64,000 bases of DNA from Lama guanicoe. Lineage: Eukaryota. The position numbers were made by a program, and so were the translations under genes. Position 1 is the first letter of the stretch, and each line of letters starts with the position of its first letter. Location: assembly GCA_013239625.1 (NCBI GenBank), contig MU053487.1:577058-641057 (forward strand), read 5' to 3'. Below the pieces are notes generated by a model. The model searched no databases. It was not told the DNA's origin and was given only the letters and a program-made list of their open reading frames with translations. Positions 1 to 13,000 of the stretch are shown piece after piece.

Positions 1-1915
1 TGTAAATTAAAAAAAATCTTACTTTATTGTTGTATGTAGAAAACTTGAAGGCATGTTACTTCAATATAAATGAACTTTACATGGAATACTGAAATTGGTT
101 TAAAGTTCAGTAGTTAAACCTTGGCAAAAATAGTTCTTTACATATCATAGCTAAGTTTTATTAATGTGGAATCCTCAAAGTATGACATGGGCTTGTTTGA
201 CTCGTGTAAATGGCACTTAATTTCTATATTCTTCTTCTTCAAGGTATCATTACTAACATGAGATACTCAGTGAGATTAGGAATATTCCAAATTGCTAGTT
301 TATGATGCCCAATGATGCAGAAAAAAGAAAAAAAAAAGTTGGCCTGAATATTCTCTTGGGGAAAGAAGGCACTAAAGAAAAGCGTTAAGAGCATCCGAGG
401 GCCAGAAGAGAAGTTGCAAGGCCATTTAACCCATTCCCGTGCTAAGACCTGCTCCCGGAGAGCCACGGGGAGTCTGCTCAGAAACTTTAGGGAAGGAGGC
501 TCCACAGCCCCTCATTGCAGCCTCCCCAGCATGCCTGACTCGCTCAATTCTGTTAGCAAACCCTGGCTCATCCGCTCTCGTCAGTCCGCTCATCATTTAG
601 ATGATGGAAGATGCTTTCTTTTGGTCACCTGAGTCTTGGTACAGATAGATGACCAGGTTTCTGCAGCCCTTCATTGCTGGGTCTGACTGCAAGGGACTGT
701 CTAGTTCCATTAAGGTGACTCATGGAAGGAAGTTGCTCTTGTGTCTATTTTGCATTCTAGCTGACAAGAAGGAAGCCCTCACTGGGATTATTTTTGTTAC
801 CATACTTCTTAATCCTTTGCTTAACTTCCCATATTCCCCAGAATACCCCAAATAGTTGTTATGGATAATGCTTTTTATTTAGAGGCAGGAGAGTGTTACT
901 GTGGTTCAGGTGTGTTGTTCCTATGTTTATAATTAGGCTTTTTGACAATCTTTCTAAACTAAAGAAAGGACATCATTCCTGGACCATTTATGTTGGGATT
1001 TGTAATACTGTTTTCAATATGGACTATATTTCAACTAATAAAGCTCTGCACAGAAGAGCTGGTCTGAAGTGGGGGAAAAACTAACTTCTCTCATTCCTTG
1101 TTCCTAGTTGGGAGACAGACGGCTTCACTCTTCTCAGTCTGGTGTAAAGTACTGGTCTACTCCTGTGCCCCCCTTGGTCTTTATTCTCATTTAAGAAAAA
1201 TAGTCGTATGTCACTGCAATCTTTGTGCCGCACCCAACGATTTATGAACTCCCCCTCCCCAAAAACAAAAAAAGAAGAACAAGGCTTCGCGGAGCCTTCT
1301 GTCCCTGATTTTCTATCCCAGTCAGCAGCCTTTCTAGTCAAAACAGATTAAAAAAGTATTTTCCATGAGAGCATTACAGTTTGCAAAAGTGCTTTGTACA
1401 CATCTTCTAGTTTCATAAACATGGCAAAGTGCAATTTGTTAAGTAGGTTTCAGTTTGCTAATGAATTTTTTTTTAAACAGTATATTGGAAGGATCTTGCT
1501 ACAACCTTGTGGCTTTTTTTTTTTTTGGACACTTGCAATTATTAGTTGATTCACAGTATAGAACAGGATACAAAGTAGGAAAAAAACAGTGCTATAGCAT
1601 TATAATTACTAGTTTAAAAATAGGCTTTAAAATTGGTTGATTATAAGATTTACATTGAAGAGCAAAGAAGGAAAAATTATATTTTTAAAGAAAAAGAGAA
1701 TATTCAGGCTTTATTTCTGGTATGAAGTTTATATTTTTTAAAAAATCCTATATTATCACACCAGAGATTTTAGATTCTTTTCTGGTTACAAACATTGCTG
1801 GTAGTTGGATTATATTTTTATTGTATTCATTTCTCTTAGGGAGAAAATTGTAAAGAAAACAAAAGGTTCCAGATGAAATGTATCCTAGAAATAAAAGTTG
1901 AAAGATTCTTACTTC
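1..1915 (+). other. CYLD: Distal part of a long AU-rich 3' UTR of an upstream + strand gene (tentatively CYLD)
   Basis: Repeat-poor, AT-rich sequence with no credible ORF, ending in AATAAA (1890-1895). TGTA motifs lie upstream (1848, 1879) and a U/GU-rich tract downstream. The gene name rests only on my recollection of the human CYLD mRNA end (...CTAGAAATAAAAGTTGAAAGATTCTTAC) and needs BLAST confirmation. Confidence 0.45.
1890..1895 (+). promoter_or_regulatory. Polyadenylation signal AATAAA (probable distal PAS)
   Basis: Canonical hexamer with upstream UGUA (CFIm-type) motifs and downstream U/GU-rich sequence (gtgtttatg...ttttgtattt). Confidence 0.65.
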
Positions 1916-3238
1916 CTTGTAGTATGAATTCTTATTTAAAGTGTTTATGCCTCAGCTTTTGTATTTCTATAATTTCTTCGATAAATAGTGGTTTGGGAAA
2001 TTAAAAAAAATACCCACTGACTAAATGCATAAGACTGAAAAAATAATTTTTTGTGTGTTTTCTTACAGCTGTCAACCCTATAATTGATCAAGGGTGGAGC
2101 AATTTTTCATCATGTATGATTTGGCCCATTTCTTTCGAATGAATAGTCTCTTCTTCAGGGGTCATTTTAGGGGTTAATTTTTGGAAATGTTTGGCAAGAT
2201 TACCACATTCAGTTGATCAGGGGAAGGGAGACGGTGAAATACGTTCATCTTTTAAAACATAACTTCTTATTTTCTTCCTACTTCTCCCGTGTTTTAAGGT
2301 CAGATGCAGTTTTACTATGTAGCTCAGGATACACAATTTATCCGAAAATGTATTGATTCTGTATGTCTTTCAAATATATTGAAGTCGAACATGCTAGCTC
2401 TAGGAATGAATCGGTATTCTGAACCCCTGTTATTTGCGTTGAAAATCTATAGCAATTGGCATAGTTAAATCTTTTGTTGTTGTTCCTTGGTTTTTACTTA
2501 CGTGGCATCTGGGTTGGGCGGTACAGAGAGTTCTCACTGAGGGGCCTGGGAACCTTGGTGTGTGGGGTGAGGGGACACCGGGGACCTACAGGACCCTCCC
2601 CAGAACTTGGGTTCAGATTCAGCCTAAAGGAAAGTGACTTGAGAGGCTCTGCCTGTGGTGGGTGGGGGTGGGAGGGAGGAGGGGCTGCTTCAGTTTATGA
2701 CCACTGGGAGGGCAGGATTGGTCTAGGAACTGCCTGTGCCCCAGAGAGCCGCAGGCAGGCCACTGCTAACGAGGGTCCCCGGGCACTGGCCGGTCTTGCC
2801 TTTGTACATAATTCATCTGGGGCACATACGAGTTGTCGGCCTTAGCACTCTGCCCGCAGGGGGACCCTGGCTTCTGTCAGCTCTGTGGCTCCTGATACCC
2901 TTCCTTTTTGCTTAAAAGCTGCTTACATCCTTTTCAGCCAATGACACCTGTGATACAGGTAAACAGGTACAAGTCTTATACCTTCGTGTTTCTTTTTAAG
3001 TTTTCCTGTATTTGTAACTGTATAAGTCTACGCATTTTGAAGCCATGTGATTCATATTCATGCCAGTGATGTCTGTTGTGAACATGAGGTGACCCTTTTC
3101 TGTTCCTTTTTCACTTTTCAATTTGTTAAATAAATTTTCGCCTCTGTTTTTTTCCTTTCTGGATGCATTAGCGAATTTTCTGACTTGCGTGTGCTTGCCT
3201 TGGTTTTAGGTGGTAAGATTTAGTTATATGACTCAGTT

Positions 3239-3264
3239 TGTGTGTGTGTGTGTGTGTGTGTGTG
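3239..3264. repeat. (TG)n microsatellite
   Basis: Direct read of the TG run. Confidence 0.95.
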
Positions 3265-3649
3265 AGTGTAATCTAATAGGAAAGTTGAACTAATTTACAA
3301 CTTTGTTAAAATTATAATCCTATGACCTTCTGACATTTCATCTGTATGGAATAGGTATTTTGTTTCCTTTCCTATCTTTCATTGCTTGAATTATGTTTTC
3401 TTTTTTCTAATTGTTCTGATCGTTAATACTCTTATTTTCTTCCCTCCATTCTCAGCCAGCTCTTGTCTTTTTCTTATATATTTTTGTAAACAGGGTTTAG
3501 ACATGTTAGTGTCCTATTGTTATAGTATGCATTTCCTCTTGATTACAGTTGTTGACCATTGCTTTCCTTTTTTTTAAAATTCGGTTTTATTATTACTCAG
3601 TTTATTTTGTCACTTGCTTTGTCTCTTCAGGTGTTTCTTCCTTGCCTTT

Positions 3650-4450
3650 TAGCACACCTTTAATTTTTGTTTTTTGAAAGGGTGACCTGATATATTAGGT
3701 AAAAGGAACTGGGGTGAACAGGTCTTTAGCATGAGGATTTATGTTTATCTGGCTAGGAGTCAGACTGGTCTTACTACTTGTTGCTGGGTTATTTGTAGGT
3801 GTCTGAGGCTTCCATTTCTCCTAGTATCCTTATTTTTTTTCTCCTGTTTTTGGCTTTCCCTGGAAACTTCTTGAACTTTTCCAGTTCCTTCAGCTGTAAT
3901 CATTTTATTACACAGGCGCCCTGTGGATGTGGTGGAAAGGTGTGTCCAATAATCATGCGGATGAGGTCTTAGTCTTAATGAGCATATTGCCCTGGGCTGT
4001 GGTTTTCACCTGGGCTTCCCAACCCCTTCCCGCCTCGCCCTTCCGTGAGGGAAGGCGGCTAGAGGTGGCTGGGGTAGTTGGATATTTCCCTTCTCCAAGT
4101 TGGTTAGACTCTGATCAAGTAGTTTCCCTTGAGGGCAGATGGAACGCAGAACACTCCAATAGTTACTTTTCCCTCTCCCTGTTGAAAACAGGGGATTCTT
4201 CTCAAATTTTCACCACAGAAACCTGGTGAGGCTCCCAGAGGTAAAATTCATGAAAGAGTTGGGGGCGACCTCCCCGTGGAATTTTCATCTCTCAAGCCAG
4301 CCCACTCTCACTTTCCAGCAGTTTGTCCATTTGTTTTCCTCCCAGATTCTGGCTCCAGTGGCTTCTGCTCCCAGTAACCTGTGATTCTCTGTCTTCATCT
4401 GTCTCTCCAGTTTTAGGAGTGTCTTTTCCCCCGTGACTTCAAATCTCATA
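3650..4450 (-). mobile_element. Old L1 (L1MC/L1MD-like) 5' region, antisense
   Basis: ggtaaaaggaactggggtgaacaggtctttagcatgaggatttatgtttatctggctaggag and gaaacctggtgagggctcccagaggtaaaattcatgaaag resemble recalled old-L1 5'-end consensus. Confidence 0.55.
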
Positions 4451-4679
4451 TTTACATTTTTATGCACTCTTCACTGCCTTCACATTTCTCTCTGTATTCC
4501 ATGGCTGCTGTGTTTCACTGATGTCATGGTTGCCTACTCTTATTATATATAATGACTTGCACTTGAGACATCAGCTGTGCACGCACTGGTCATAAGGACT
4601 GTACTGTCTTTAAATAATAATTCATTTGTTGCATAAGAACCCTCAGAAGTTGATAGCGTTTTTATTCATACTCTTTCTA

Positions 4680-5030
4680 CACGATAGAGTCCACTTATGG
4701 AGAAACTGAGTAACTTGTCCACAGTCACACGGCTGCCGAGTAGCTGCAGCCGGGGCTCTCTTGCCTGCCGCCTCTGATCTGGACGGCTGTAATGGCAAAC
4801 GTAGCTTCCTCCCGTGCTGCCGCCACTGCTGAAAATAGCTAACGCTTACCGAGTGCCCGCCATGGTGCAGGTTCTCTTCTAAGCATTTAAAACCCATTAA
4901 CTTACTTTAGCTGAGCAGTCACTGGTGTAAAATGCATCCCTTTTTACAGGAGAGGAGGAAACGTGGCACAGATGGTTGAGTTCCTGGGGCTGGCTCGGAT
5001 GGAGCTGGGATCTCACTGGGGTGAATATTT
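4680..5030 (-). mobile_element. Two adjacent MIR SINE fragments
   Basis: MIR core motifs atggagaaactgagtaacttgtccacagtcacac and ttttacaggagaggaggaaacgtggcacagatggttgag. Confidence 0.65.
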
Positions 5031-6942
5031 CAAGGCCTTCTAAAGCGTCTCCTGTCTCTCAGAGTGTTTGTTCTATCAAAGGACATCTGCTCTCATTCCT
5101 CACCTCCATCTATCCATTCACCTGTTTTTGTTTTTTTCTCACCAATTCAAAATTGTATGTTGAGAAACTATTTACTATTCTGAGTGTTGGGGCTACAACT
5201 GGGCCCTCAAGGAATTTATATTCCAGGAAAGAGTGAAACTGAACTGGATACAATGGTAAGTTTGGAGGCAGATGGTGTATTGAGTATGAATTTTTGGGAG
5301 TTCTCCATTTCTTTCTTCCTTTCACCTCCAACCGTGTAGCTAAACCCTTTCCGTGTTCCTGCCCCAGGAGTTGTTTGCTGGGTGGGGAGCAGGGGCTGGA
5401 AGCTCTGGGGCCAGGAGTTGAAGGAAGCAGCAAAATCTCAGAGGGGATAACTTTTTGGATAGCTTCTTCAGAGGGATCACAGCAGGCCCAGAGAGCATCA
5501 CCCTCCAGATGAGTGAAGCTTCCATATCTGAGGGGGCCATGAAGCTGGACAGCATGGAGTGGTGACCCAGGACCTGGTATCACCCTGGGTAATGTGTGTG
5601 GGGAACCAGTAATGACTGAGGGTGAATTTCTCATCACCCTGTGGGATGGGCTTCAGAGTCAAATGGATGACTTCAGTCAATGCATAGCTATTTCTTGTGT
5701 ACCTGGGCCGATCAGCGTCCATTCACACCCGCCTACCACATTCGGGCCATCGTTGGAACGGCGGGGAATGTTCGTGCCGTGCTCACCTGCACCCACGGTC
5801 GATGACAGTGCAGCATTTGCTTGGTTGGATTGGCTGAGACCCCACTGGAGGATTCTCGAGCAGATGACCGGGCTCCTGGAAGCCTCTGCTGGGTGTTTTA
5901 AGAGTAACCTGAACGTTTTCACCGTCTGGTCAGATACAGGGTTTGGCAGGGTGGAGAGATGGGAAATCACTCGTTAGACAGTGCTGAGGAGGCCCACGTT
6001 CTTGATGCCCAGCGGAAAGAGCCCTGTGCCTGAAAGGCAGCGGCCTGAGTCCTCAGGTGGCCCAGCCTGGCCATGCCCTGTGAGGCCCAGGCCAAGGGCT
6101 TGCCCCAGTTGTTGGGAAGCCTGCCATGCTATGGAAGAAGGGAGCCCACTGAAAGCTGTGGTGTTTGAGGGGCTGAAGTTCTGACTTGGTCCCAGGAGAA
6201 GAGTCTTTGCGTCTCCCTGGGGTTCATTCCTGAGGCGCAGCTGTTGGTGGCTGAGAGGTCTTAGAAGTGAATGAAACCCCAGGGGCGAGGCTCTCAGCAC
6301 AAAGGAGGCTCAGCGGCCGAGGCGGACTCCCCAGCCAGCTTTCAGGGGCTGCTCGGAGGAGACTGCATCCACTGGTAAGGGGACAGCATCAGCTTCCCCA
6401 GAGAGTTCTGGACTCACAGGCAAGGCCTGGGCACTCAGAACAGGCACCTAAGAGGCGAGTGCCCTCCCAAGTCCTGACTGACCCTCACCCTCCCACCTTC
6501 TCCACCGACTGCCGCTGTGAAGGCCAGTCTGGTGGCTTCAGCCCAGGCCCTGCCCCTCAGGCCAATAAATGGCGATGTGTCTCAACCTCCGGGGAAATGG
6601 GTTGTGGAGCCTGGAGCCCAAGTGGGAGGGCGACCTCAGTCCGTCCTTAGTGGGGAGGCCTGGGCACCCCGGGGGAGAGATCTGCTCCACAGGGGACAGC
6701 CAGGTGAGGCACGAACACCCGGTTTCAGAAAGGGTGTCCCGAGGAGGCTGCTGCGTGCCTGTGGGGGAGGCCTGGGGGCATTTCACAGGGTTTTCAGCCA
6801 TAGAGTTTGGAATTGGTGATATGGCTGAGGAGGGCTTGGAGGGGTCAGGAATCCAGGGGGAGCCTACAGGACACAGCCAGTGGGGTGGGGCACCACTGTT
6901 GTTCTTCCCCACTGTGTCCAGATGGGAGGCTTCCCCTCACCC

Positions 6943-6946
<4 letters not shown>

Positions 6947-6974
<28 letters not shown>
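6947..6974. repeat. (TG)n microsatellite
   Basis: Direct read; source of the VCVCVC/THTHTH runs in overlapping spurious ORFs. Confidence 0.95.
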
Positions 6975-6978
<4 letters not shown>

Positions 6979-8291
6979 GTGAGGAGGTGGTGGTGGGCCG
7001 CTTGGGCAGTGAAGTGTTTGGATGAAGGCAATACGGGGGAGTCCAGACGTGAGAAAGGGCAGCAGTGAGAAAGCTCCGTTGGCAACAGAGGCCCCAAGAG
7101 GATTTGAGCAGGAGAGGGATGCGGTCAGATGACGTTTGGGTAACCCCACAGGCAGAAGGGACACACATTTGGATGTGCTCTGGAATTGCTGGGTACGTGA
7201 GAGGCTTGTGGAAAGTGGGCCGGGCACTCCAGTCAGAGCGCCCCTTGGTTGATGTGCTTTTGGATCATTCTCCACGGCTGGGAGGCCCTCGGCTGACCCC
7301 TCGATCCTGCTCACGCGTTGCCTTTCCTAGAGGAGAGGCACGAGCTTTCCTCTGAGGACAGGTTTCCCCTTCAACTTCTCATTCCACATTGTGGGTGTCC
7401 CCGGGGTCTCCTGGGGTAGGTGTCCTCCCCACCGAGGCAGCTGTTGGGGGAGGTCGTTGAGAGGACGTGACCCACAGTTGACCCATGGCCCCAGACTTCT
7501 GGAGGCTCCTGACCCCACCCCAACCTAGAAAGTGTGATTCCCCAAGTGGAGCTGGGTTCCAGGATGCAGCCTTGAGGAACTAACAATTTGTTGAGACCAT
7601 CTGGACCAGTTACGGGGCTGAACCCCATGAAGGTCTCTGGATAAACTTGTGAGATGCTGGCAGGCAGGTGTGGGGACCCCCAGCCTCGTATTTAAGTTGC
7701 TCTGCTTGTGAAAATGCCACCTACTGACCTGGAATGGCTCCCTGCCCTCCTTGTACAGGACCAGTTTAAAATTCCACCCTGGAAGCTCCCGAATTTATAA
7801 GCCACCAGCTGGTCTGTGCAGAGGAGACAGACTGGCTGTTAGAAGCAGCCTGACCTGGGCCAGGTCGTGGGTGATTCGGGGCAGGACTCTGCTCTGAGCC
7901 TCCATCTCCTCATTGGTGCAGCCAGATCCTAGCAGCTCTGGAGGACGGGCTCAGGTAAGTGCTCAGACGCTGCTGGCTGCGGTCATTGGTCATCATTACC
8001 AGCACAGGCCGACTCTCCCTCAGGTGGGGAGGATTTGTTGAGATGTTGGCCTTCTATGCTTCAGGTTTATCTCTGCTTTATCTTGCTGAAATTCTCTTCC
8101 ATTTCTGGCACTGTTAGCCAGGACGGAACAGAAGCTGGTGTCCTGATTTTCAGAGCGGTGTTGTTTTGGTTACATTAAACGTGCTGGATGGACTGGTTCC
8201 TTCAGATTCCCAAATTCTCACACACCTTGGAGGTGACGATAGCATTTCCCCCCTGAAATATTACAAAATTGGTCACTCCCTTGCCTCAGAT

Positions 8292-8788
8292 GGGGAAACT
8301 CCAAGGGGTCCGTGGGTGGAATTCAGGAGACCCACGTACAAGAATGGGAAAAAGATTGGGGCTTTGTATTTACTAACCTCTAACGGAAATACAGAATTTT
8401 CATTAATTATAAATGGCAAGAAAAAGTCAAATACTGACCTTTGTAGTATTACCAAAGCCTGTGACCCTGTTACTTCCAGAAATCCTAGCTATTTGAATAT
8501 CATGTTACATTTGCCGCTGATTTCTCAGAATGTCACTTATAGTCATGACTACTTAGCATTTATGGCAAAGAGACCTGCCACTAGGTCTCATTATTTACTG
8601 TGTTAAAAAAAAAAAGCACATGTATTAGTATAGATTCTGCTTATTTAATAATTGGATAAATAAATCTAAATATAATTGTTTTTCTTTGTAATTCTGTCTG
8701 TTTTACTTTATAAATTTGGGAAGGAGTCCATAGGTCTTATCTGATTGCCAATACGGTTCACAGCAGCACAAAAAATTGATTAACCTGC
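8292..8788. mobile_element. hAT-Charlie non-autonomous DNA transposon (Charlie4a-like), copy 1
   Basis: Follows recalled consensus (ggggtccgtgggtggaattcagg...actaacctctaac...agtattaccaaagcctgtgac...ggagtccatagg) and aligns by eye to the reverse complement of 26380-26842. Confidence 0.65.
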
Positions 8789-9770
8789 AGCTCTTGGGAT
8801 ATTTTCTGGGCAAGACCGGCAATTTCCACGCAGAACACAAGAGGGAACTATTTCCCAACTAATGTTTTAAAAGATCACAGCAGGGATTTTTCTTATTCCT
8901 CTCAACACTTGTTCTAAAATTGGTTCAAGTTTTCTTTACTGTTAACAATGTAATTGGGACCCTGTGTTGAGACTCTGAAGCTGATAGCTGGCCAAGAGCT
9001 GAAACATCCTTGGATTGTGAGTCCAGGAAGGTGTAATAAGAAAAAGTGAGTCTCCCCGGCACTAGATGAGAACTCAGAGTTTCGTGCCCACAGCATTTGG
9101 TGTCTTATCACCACCACCCCCACACCGAAAAAAAAAAAAACCCCACAAAAACCAAAAAAAAAACAAACCCCCCAAAAACCTGCAATACCTGTGAAGCAGA
9201 GTATACTTGGTTTGTTATTCTGGAAGGAACAGACCCTTTATGAGGGTAGAAACATTGCTGAAGGGTTTTCATTAATCAGTCAATGGCTGTTAAAACAGAT
9301 TGTGCTTGTGGCCGGGGGTGGGGTGGAGGGGGCGGCAGAGAGGGGCAGAGGCGGGAGATGGGGTAGGAGGGAGGAAGAGACTGGAACTTTCCAGGCAGTG
9401 AGGGGCTGTGATGCTATAACACAAACCTGAGGACCCAGCCAGGCCTGCCACTTGGTTATGCAGTGGTTGCCCTGGGGCTGAATTTAAGGGGAGCAATTTT
9501 CTCTTTCCTGGTCCTTTGGCCACATCAGTACGCAGGTCACTGTATATATTTAAGGGCTCAGAATGGAGGGCTTTGAGTGTCTAATTGTAAAGGGCAGCAG
9601 CCACTTTGAGAAGTCAGCATGGAGCAGGGGAACAGCTCTGCAAACCCTCACTACCCTGAAGTAGGTCCAGCTGGGGCAGGCCCAGCAAAATGACTTCGTA
9701 GGTGGGGATTCCCACCCCTGGGGGCTATTCTGTGTTCCAACTTACTGCAGTGACTCTGAAATTAACATTT

Positions 9771-10110
9771 CAGAAATGTATAGAAACAGATGCACAGACA
9801 TAGAAAACAAACTTATGGTTACCACGGGGAGAGTGGGGAGAAGGTGGGGGAGTGTGGAGGGATAAATTGGGAGTTCAGGATTTGCAGATACTAACTAGTA
9901 TATGTAAAATAAATAAACAACAAGGTCCTATTGAACAGTACAGGGAACTATATTCAATATTTTATAATAGCCTACAATGGAAAAGAATATGGAAAAGAAT
10001 ATATATATATATAGATGTGTGTCTCTATATATCTATATATATCTGAATCACTATACTCTGCACCAGAAATTAACACAGCATTGTAAATGGACTATTCTTC
10101 AATTTTTAAA
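9771..10110 (+). mobile_element. 5'-truncated cetartiodactyl-type L1 3' end
   Basis: cacagacatagaaaacaaacttatggttacc...acagggaactatattcaatat...(TA)n...ctgaatcact...attgtaaat. Degenerate TSD gaaattaacattt (9758-9770) / gaagtaacattt (10111-10122). Confidence 0.9.
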
Positions 10111-10374
10111 GAAGTAACATTTGTTACACCACCTGCTCCTCTGACCTGTAAGGATTATTGGCTGTTACTTTAATTGTGAGCAACACTGTTTCATTCCTTC
10201 CTGCAAGGCTGCATGCCTTCATCTCCTTGCGCTGAACTTCCAGGCTCCATCTTGAATGCTGGGGTCACGGGAGAGACCCCACCCAAGTGCTATGGCTCTG
10301 TAGCACCCCCCTCCCAGAAATCGTCCATGCCTTGGGTATATGTGACCACTCTGAACAGGGTCCTTTCAGATGTA

Positions 10375-10520
10375 TCTATGACGTGACCATCAGGCAAGTT
10401 GTTGATCCTCTCTGAGTCTGTTTCCTCAAGTATAAAATGGGAATAATGTTACCTACCTCAGGAGATTATTGTGAGAATTAAGAAAAGAAAGCGTGCACAC
10501 AGTTAGCACCGTGCCTGGCT
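10375..10520 (+). mobile_element. MIR SINE
   Basis: ggcaagttgttgatcctctctgagtctgtttcctcaagtataaaatgggaataatgttacctacctcaggagattattgtgagaattaa matches the MIR core. Confidence 0.85.
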
Positions 10521-10679
10521 GCTATCAGGGCTTTGTCCTTGAACATGGGGTGGACTTTGGGGTGAGTGTGAGTGGCTGCAGGGTTCTGCTTAGCTTTCTG
10601 GGCTGGTACCCCAATAACCCAGGGAACTTAGCAAATGCTCTTCATTAATGTACCCTAGATTTATTTTGTGAGATGACAG

Positions 10680-10910
10680 GGTGACAGAACGGTCAAGAGC
10701 CTGGGCTCTGGGGCTGGGGGTCTGACACTTACTGGCTATAAGACTTGAAGCCAGTGACTTAGCCTCTGTGTTTCAGCTTCCCCAGGTTAAAATAGGCGCA
10801 GCAGTGGCACTTTCTGTGTAAGATTATTGTGAGCTAATGCATGAAAGCACTTAACAGTGCCTGGCAGTAGTAATCACTCAGAATTATGAGCTATTATTAT
10901 TATTGTTATT
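10680..10910 (+). mobile_element. MIR SINE, near full length
   Basis: ggtcaagagcctgggctctgg...agtgacttagcctctgtgtttcagcttcc...cacttaacagtgcctggc with (TTA)n tail. Confidence 0.8.
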
Positions 10911-12049
10911 GCCCTGGGCAACTTGTTAAATGTTCTCTGATGGCAAATGTAAAGGGCTGTGTGAATCTATAGACATCTAGACCTGGGGTCTCAGGTCTCT
11001 GGACCCTGTTTCCTCAACATGCCGTGGTGAAGACGGATGAGGGTGGTTGCGTGATGGTGTGGTGTTGGAGGGAGGTCATCGGGAGGATGTGACCGGTGGT
11101 TGACCGGAGAGCTGCACCCGGGGCTCCTCAGCCCTCCCCTGTCCTTGGAATGTACCTTCTGTCCACGGTTCCCACAGTGGAGCCAGTTTCAAGGATGCAA
11201 GCCTTGAGAGAGCAAGATGTTGTAAGGACCATTTGGATGGTACGCATGATTGAACCAAGTTAAGGCTTCTGGATGGATTTGTAAGAGTCTGGCGGCAATG
11301 CAGAGGTCCCCTCCACTTTTGGTGTCCAAGACCAGCCTCGCATGTAAGTTTCCTTGCTTGTGACGCCTGCCACCTGCCACCTGCCACCTACTGATCTGGA
11401 GTGGCTGCCGCTTTCCTTGGTCTTTCCCTGCCCTCCGTATATGGGGCCAGTTTACAAACCAGCATGTGGTGGGGGGGCGGTGATGGGGGGTGAGCAGAGT
11501 GATGGTGAGTTGTGGTGGTGGGTTGATAATGAGTAGCTGGTGATGATGGTGGAGTGATGGGTCTGCAGCAGTGATGGAGGTAAACAGGAGGACTTGGTGA
11601 AGAGGTAGGACCCACTCTTCCCTCTGACTCCCTGGAGGCCATCCATGCTGTGACTACAAAGCAGAGCCAACTTCAGGAACCAGGTGGGTCCCTGATTCCA
11701 GAGCAGGTCAGGACCAGAACTCTGCAGACCCCGGACTGTGCTCCCAAAGAGCCCAGGTGCTCCCTCAGCCCCAGTGTGTCCCGGCTGGGCTGGCATTCCG
11801 AGCAGCAGGGCCAGTTTTGGGACGTGGGCTAAGAACTTAGTTCATTCAGTTTTGGACATGCCTATACTTTATTTTACAGTCTCACCTCGTATTCAGTTTA
11901 TTATTTTTTTGCTGAGAAGTCACAAGAACTTTAAAGATATTGTACACACGTTTCTTATAATATCCCCTTGATACTGCGGTCAACTAGAAGCTTTATGGGT
12001 GACAAAACTGAGGTGACTCTCCAGCTCACATGTTTCTTAAACTATTGGG

Positions 12050-13000
12050 AAGTGGCATTTGGTTTACAATCCTTCCTGTGCCTGCAGAATTAATTTTTGT
12101 TGGAAAAAAAAAAGAGGCCATTTAGTTATATTTCACCCTCCCCTCAATGATGGCAAAAGAGACGGCAAGAAAAAATCTTTTCTTTTTCACAGAGACATGC
12201 TGGGCGCCTTCTCTCCTATGTGTGCCTCTGTGACCCTGATTCCTTTCTGATGAGAGCGAGGTCCTGGGCTGGTGCTGCCGGGGTGAGTGAGGAAAGCGGG
12301 TGGGGCAGACAGTTTATTTTAAACTTTGGTGAGTGAGTGGTGTTTGAATTACCCTTTGTTATCTAGGGCACCATTTTGGAGAGGGGGGAAAACCCCCAAC
12401 CAACCTCTGCGTTTTTGAGCACTTGAAAAAATATATTTGCTCCACATTTAGTAAAGCTGAGCAAAATCACATTTTCCTTGGTAAAAGCAGCTGCAGTTTC
12501 TTCCAGAGTGCCTTTGAGCTGGGGCACGGGGGTGCAAGACCTGGGATGAATGCAGCTTGCTTTCAAGTTGATGTGTTTAAACTGAAAAGGAAATAAAAAA
12601 AGTACCCTTCTGGACATGCTGATCTCCTTTTGAATTTTTGCTGCTGCCTTGAACTGCTAATTGTGCATGTTAAACAGCAACCATAGGCTCCCGGCAGCCT
12701 CTCCGACTCCTATTTGCAAGTGTTTTATGGAGGTGATTTAAACCTTAAGATGCTTCCTTTCTTCCCGCTGGTGAAGGATCTTGGTGCTATGGACTCATTA
12801 ACTTGTGTTCCTGTTATTTGCCTGCCGTTGCAATCCTCTGCTTTCAATAACGCGGCATTGCATTGCCGGCGGGGGGAGGTTGGAGTCACAGAGGTGGCCT
12901 CAGTGGGTGATCAGCAGTGACGGCAACTTTGCAAATTTAAGAACAGCGCACACGTTGCAGAAGTGGGGAGCAGGGTGTGAAGTGCTGATGCAGAGCACTT
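12050..13000. promoter_or_regulatory. Candidate conserved non-coding / enhancer block
   Basis: No recognisable repeat; clustered TGTTTAAAC, CTAATTG, TAAACA, TTTTATGG and TGATTTAA motifs. Inference only. Confidence 0.35.

Noticed and set aside
9128..9180. A/C-rich tract as a retrocopy tail
   Set aside because: No recognisable upstream retrocopy body or TSD; treated as low complexity.
11366..11389. (CCTGCCA)x3 tandem creating two CACCTG E-boxes
   Set aside because: A very short slippage repeat with no supporting context.
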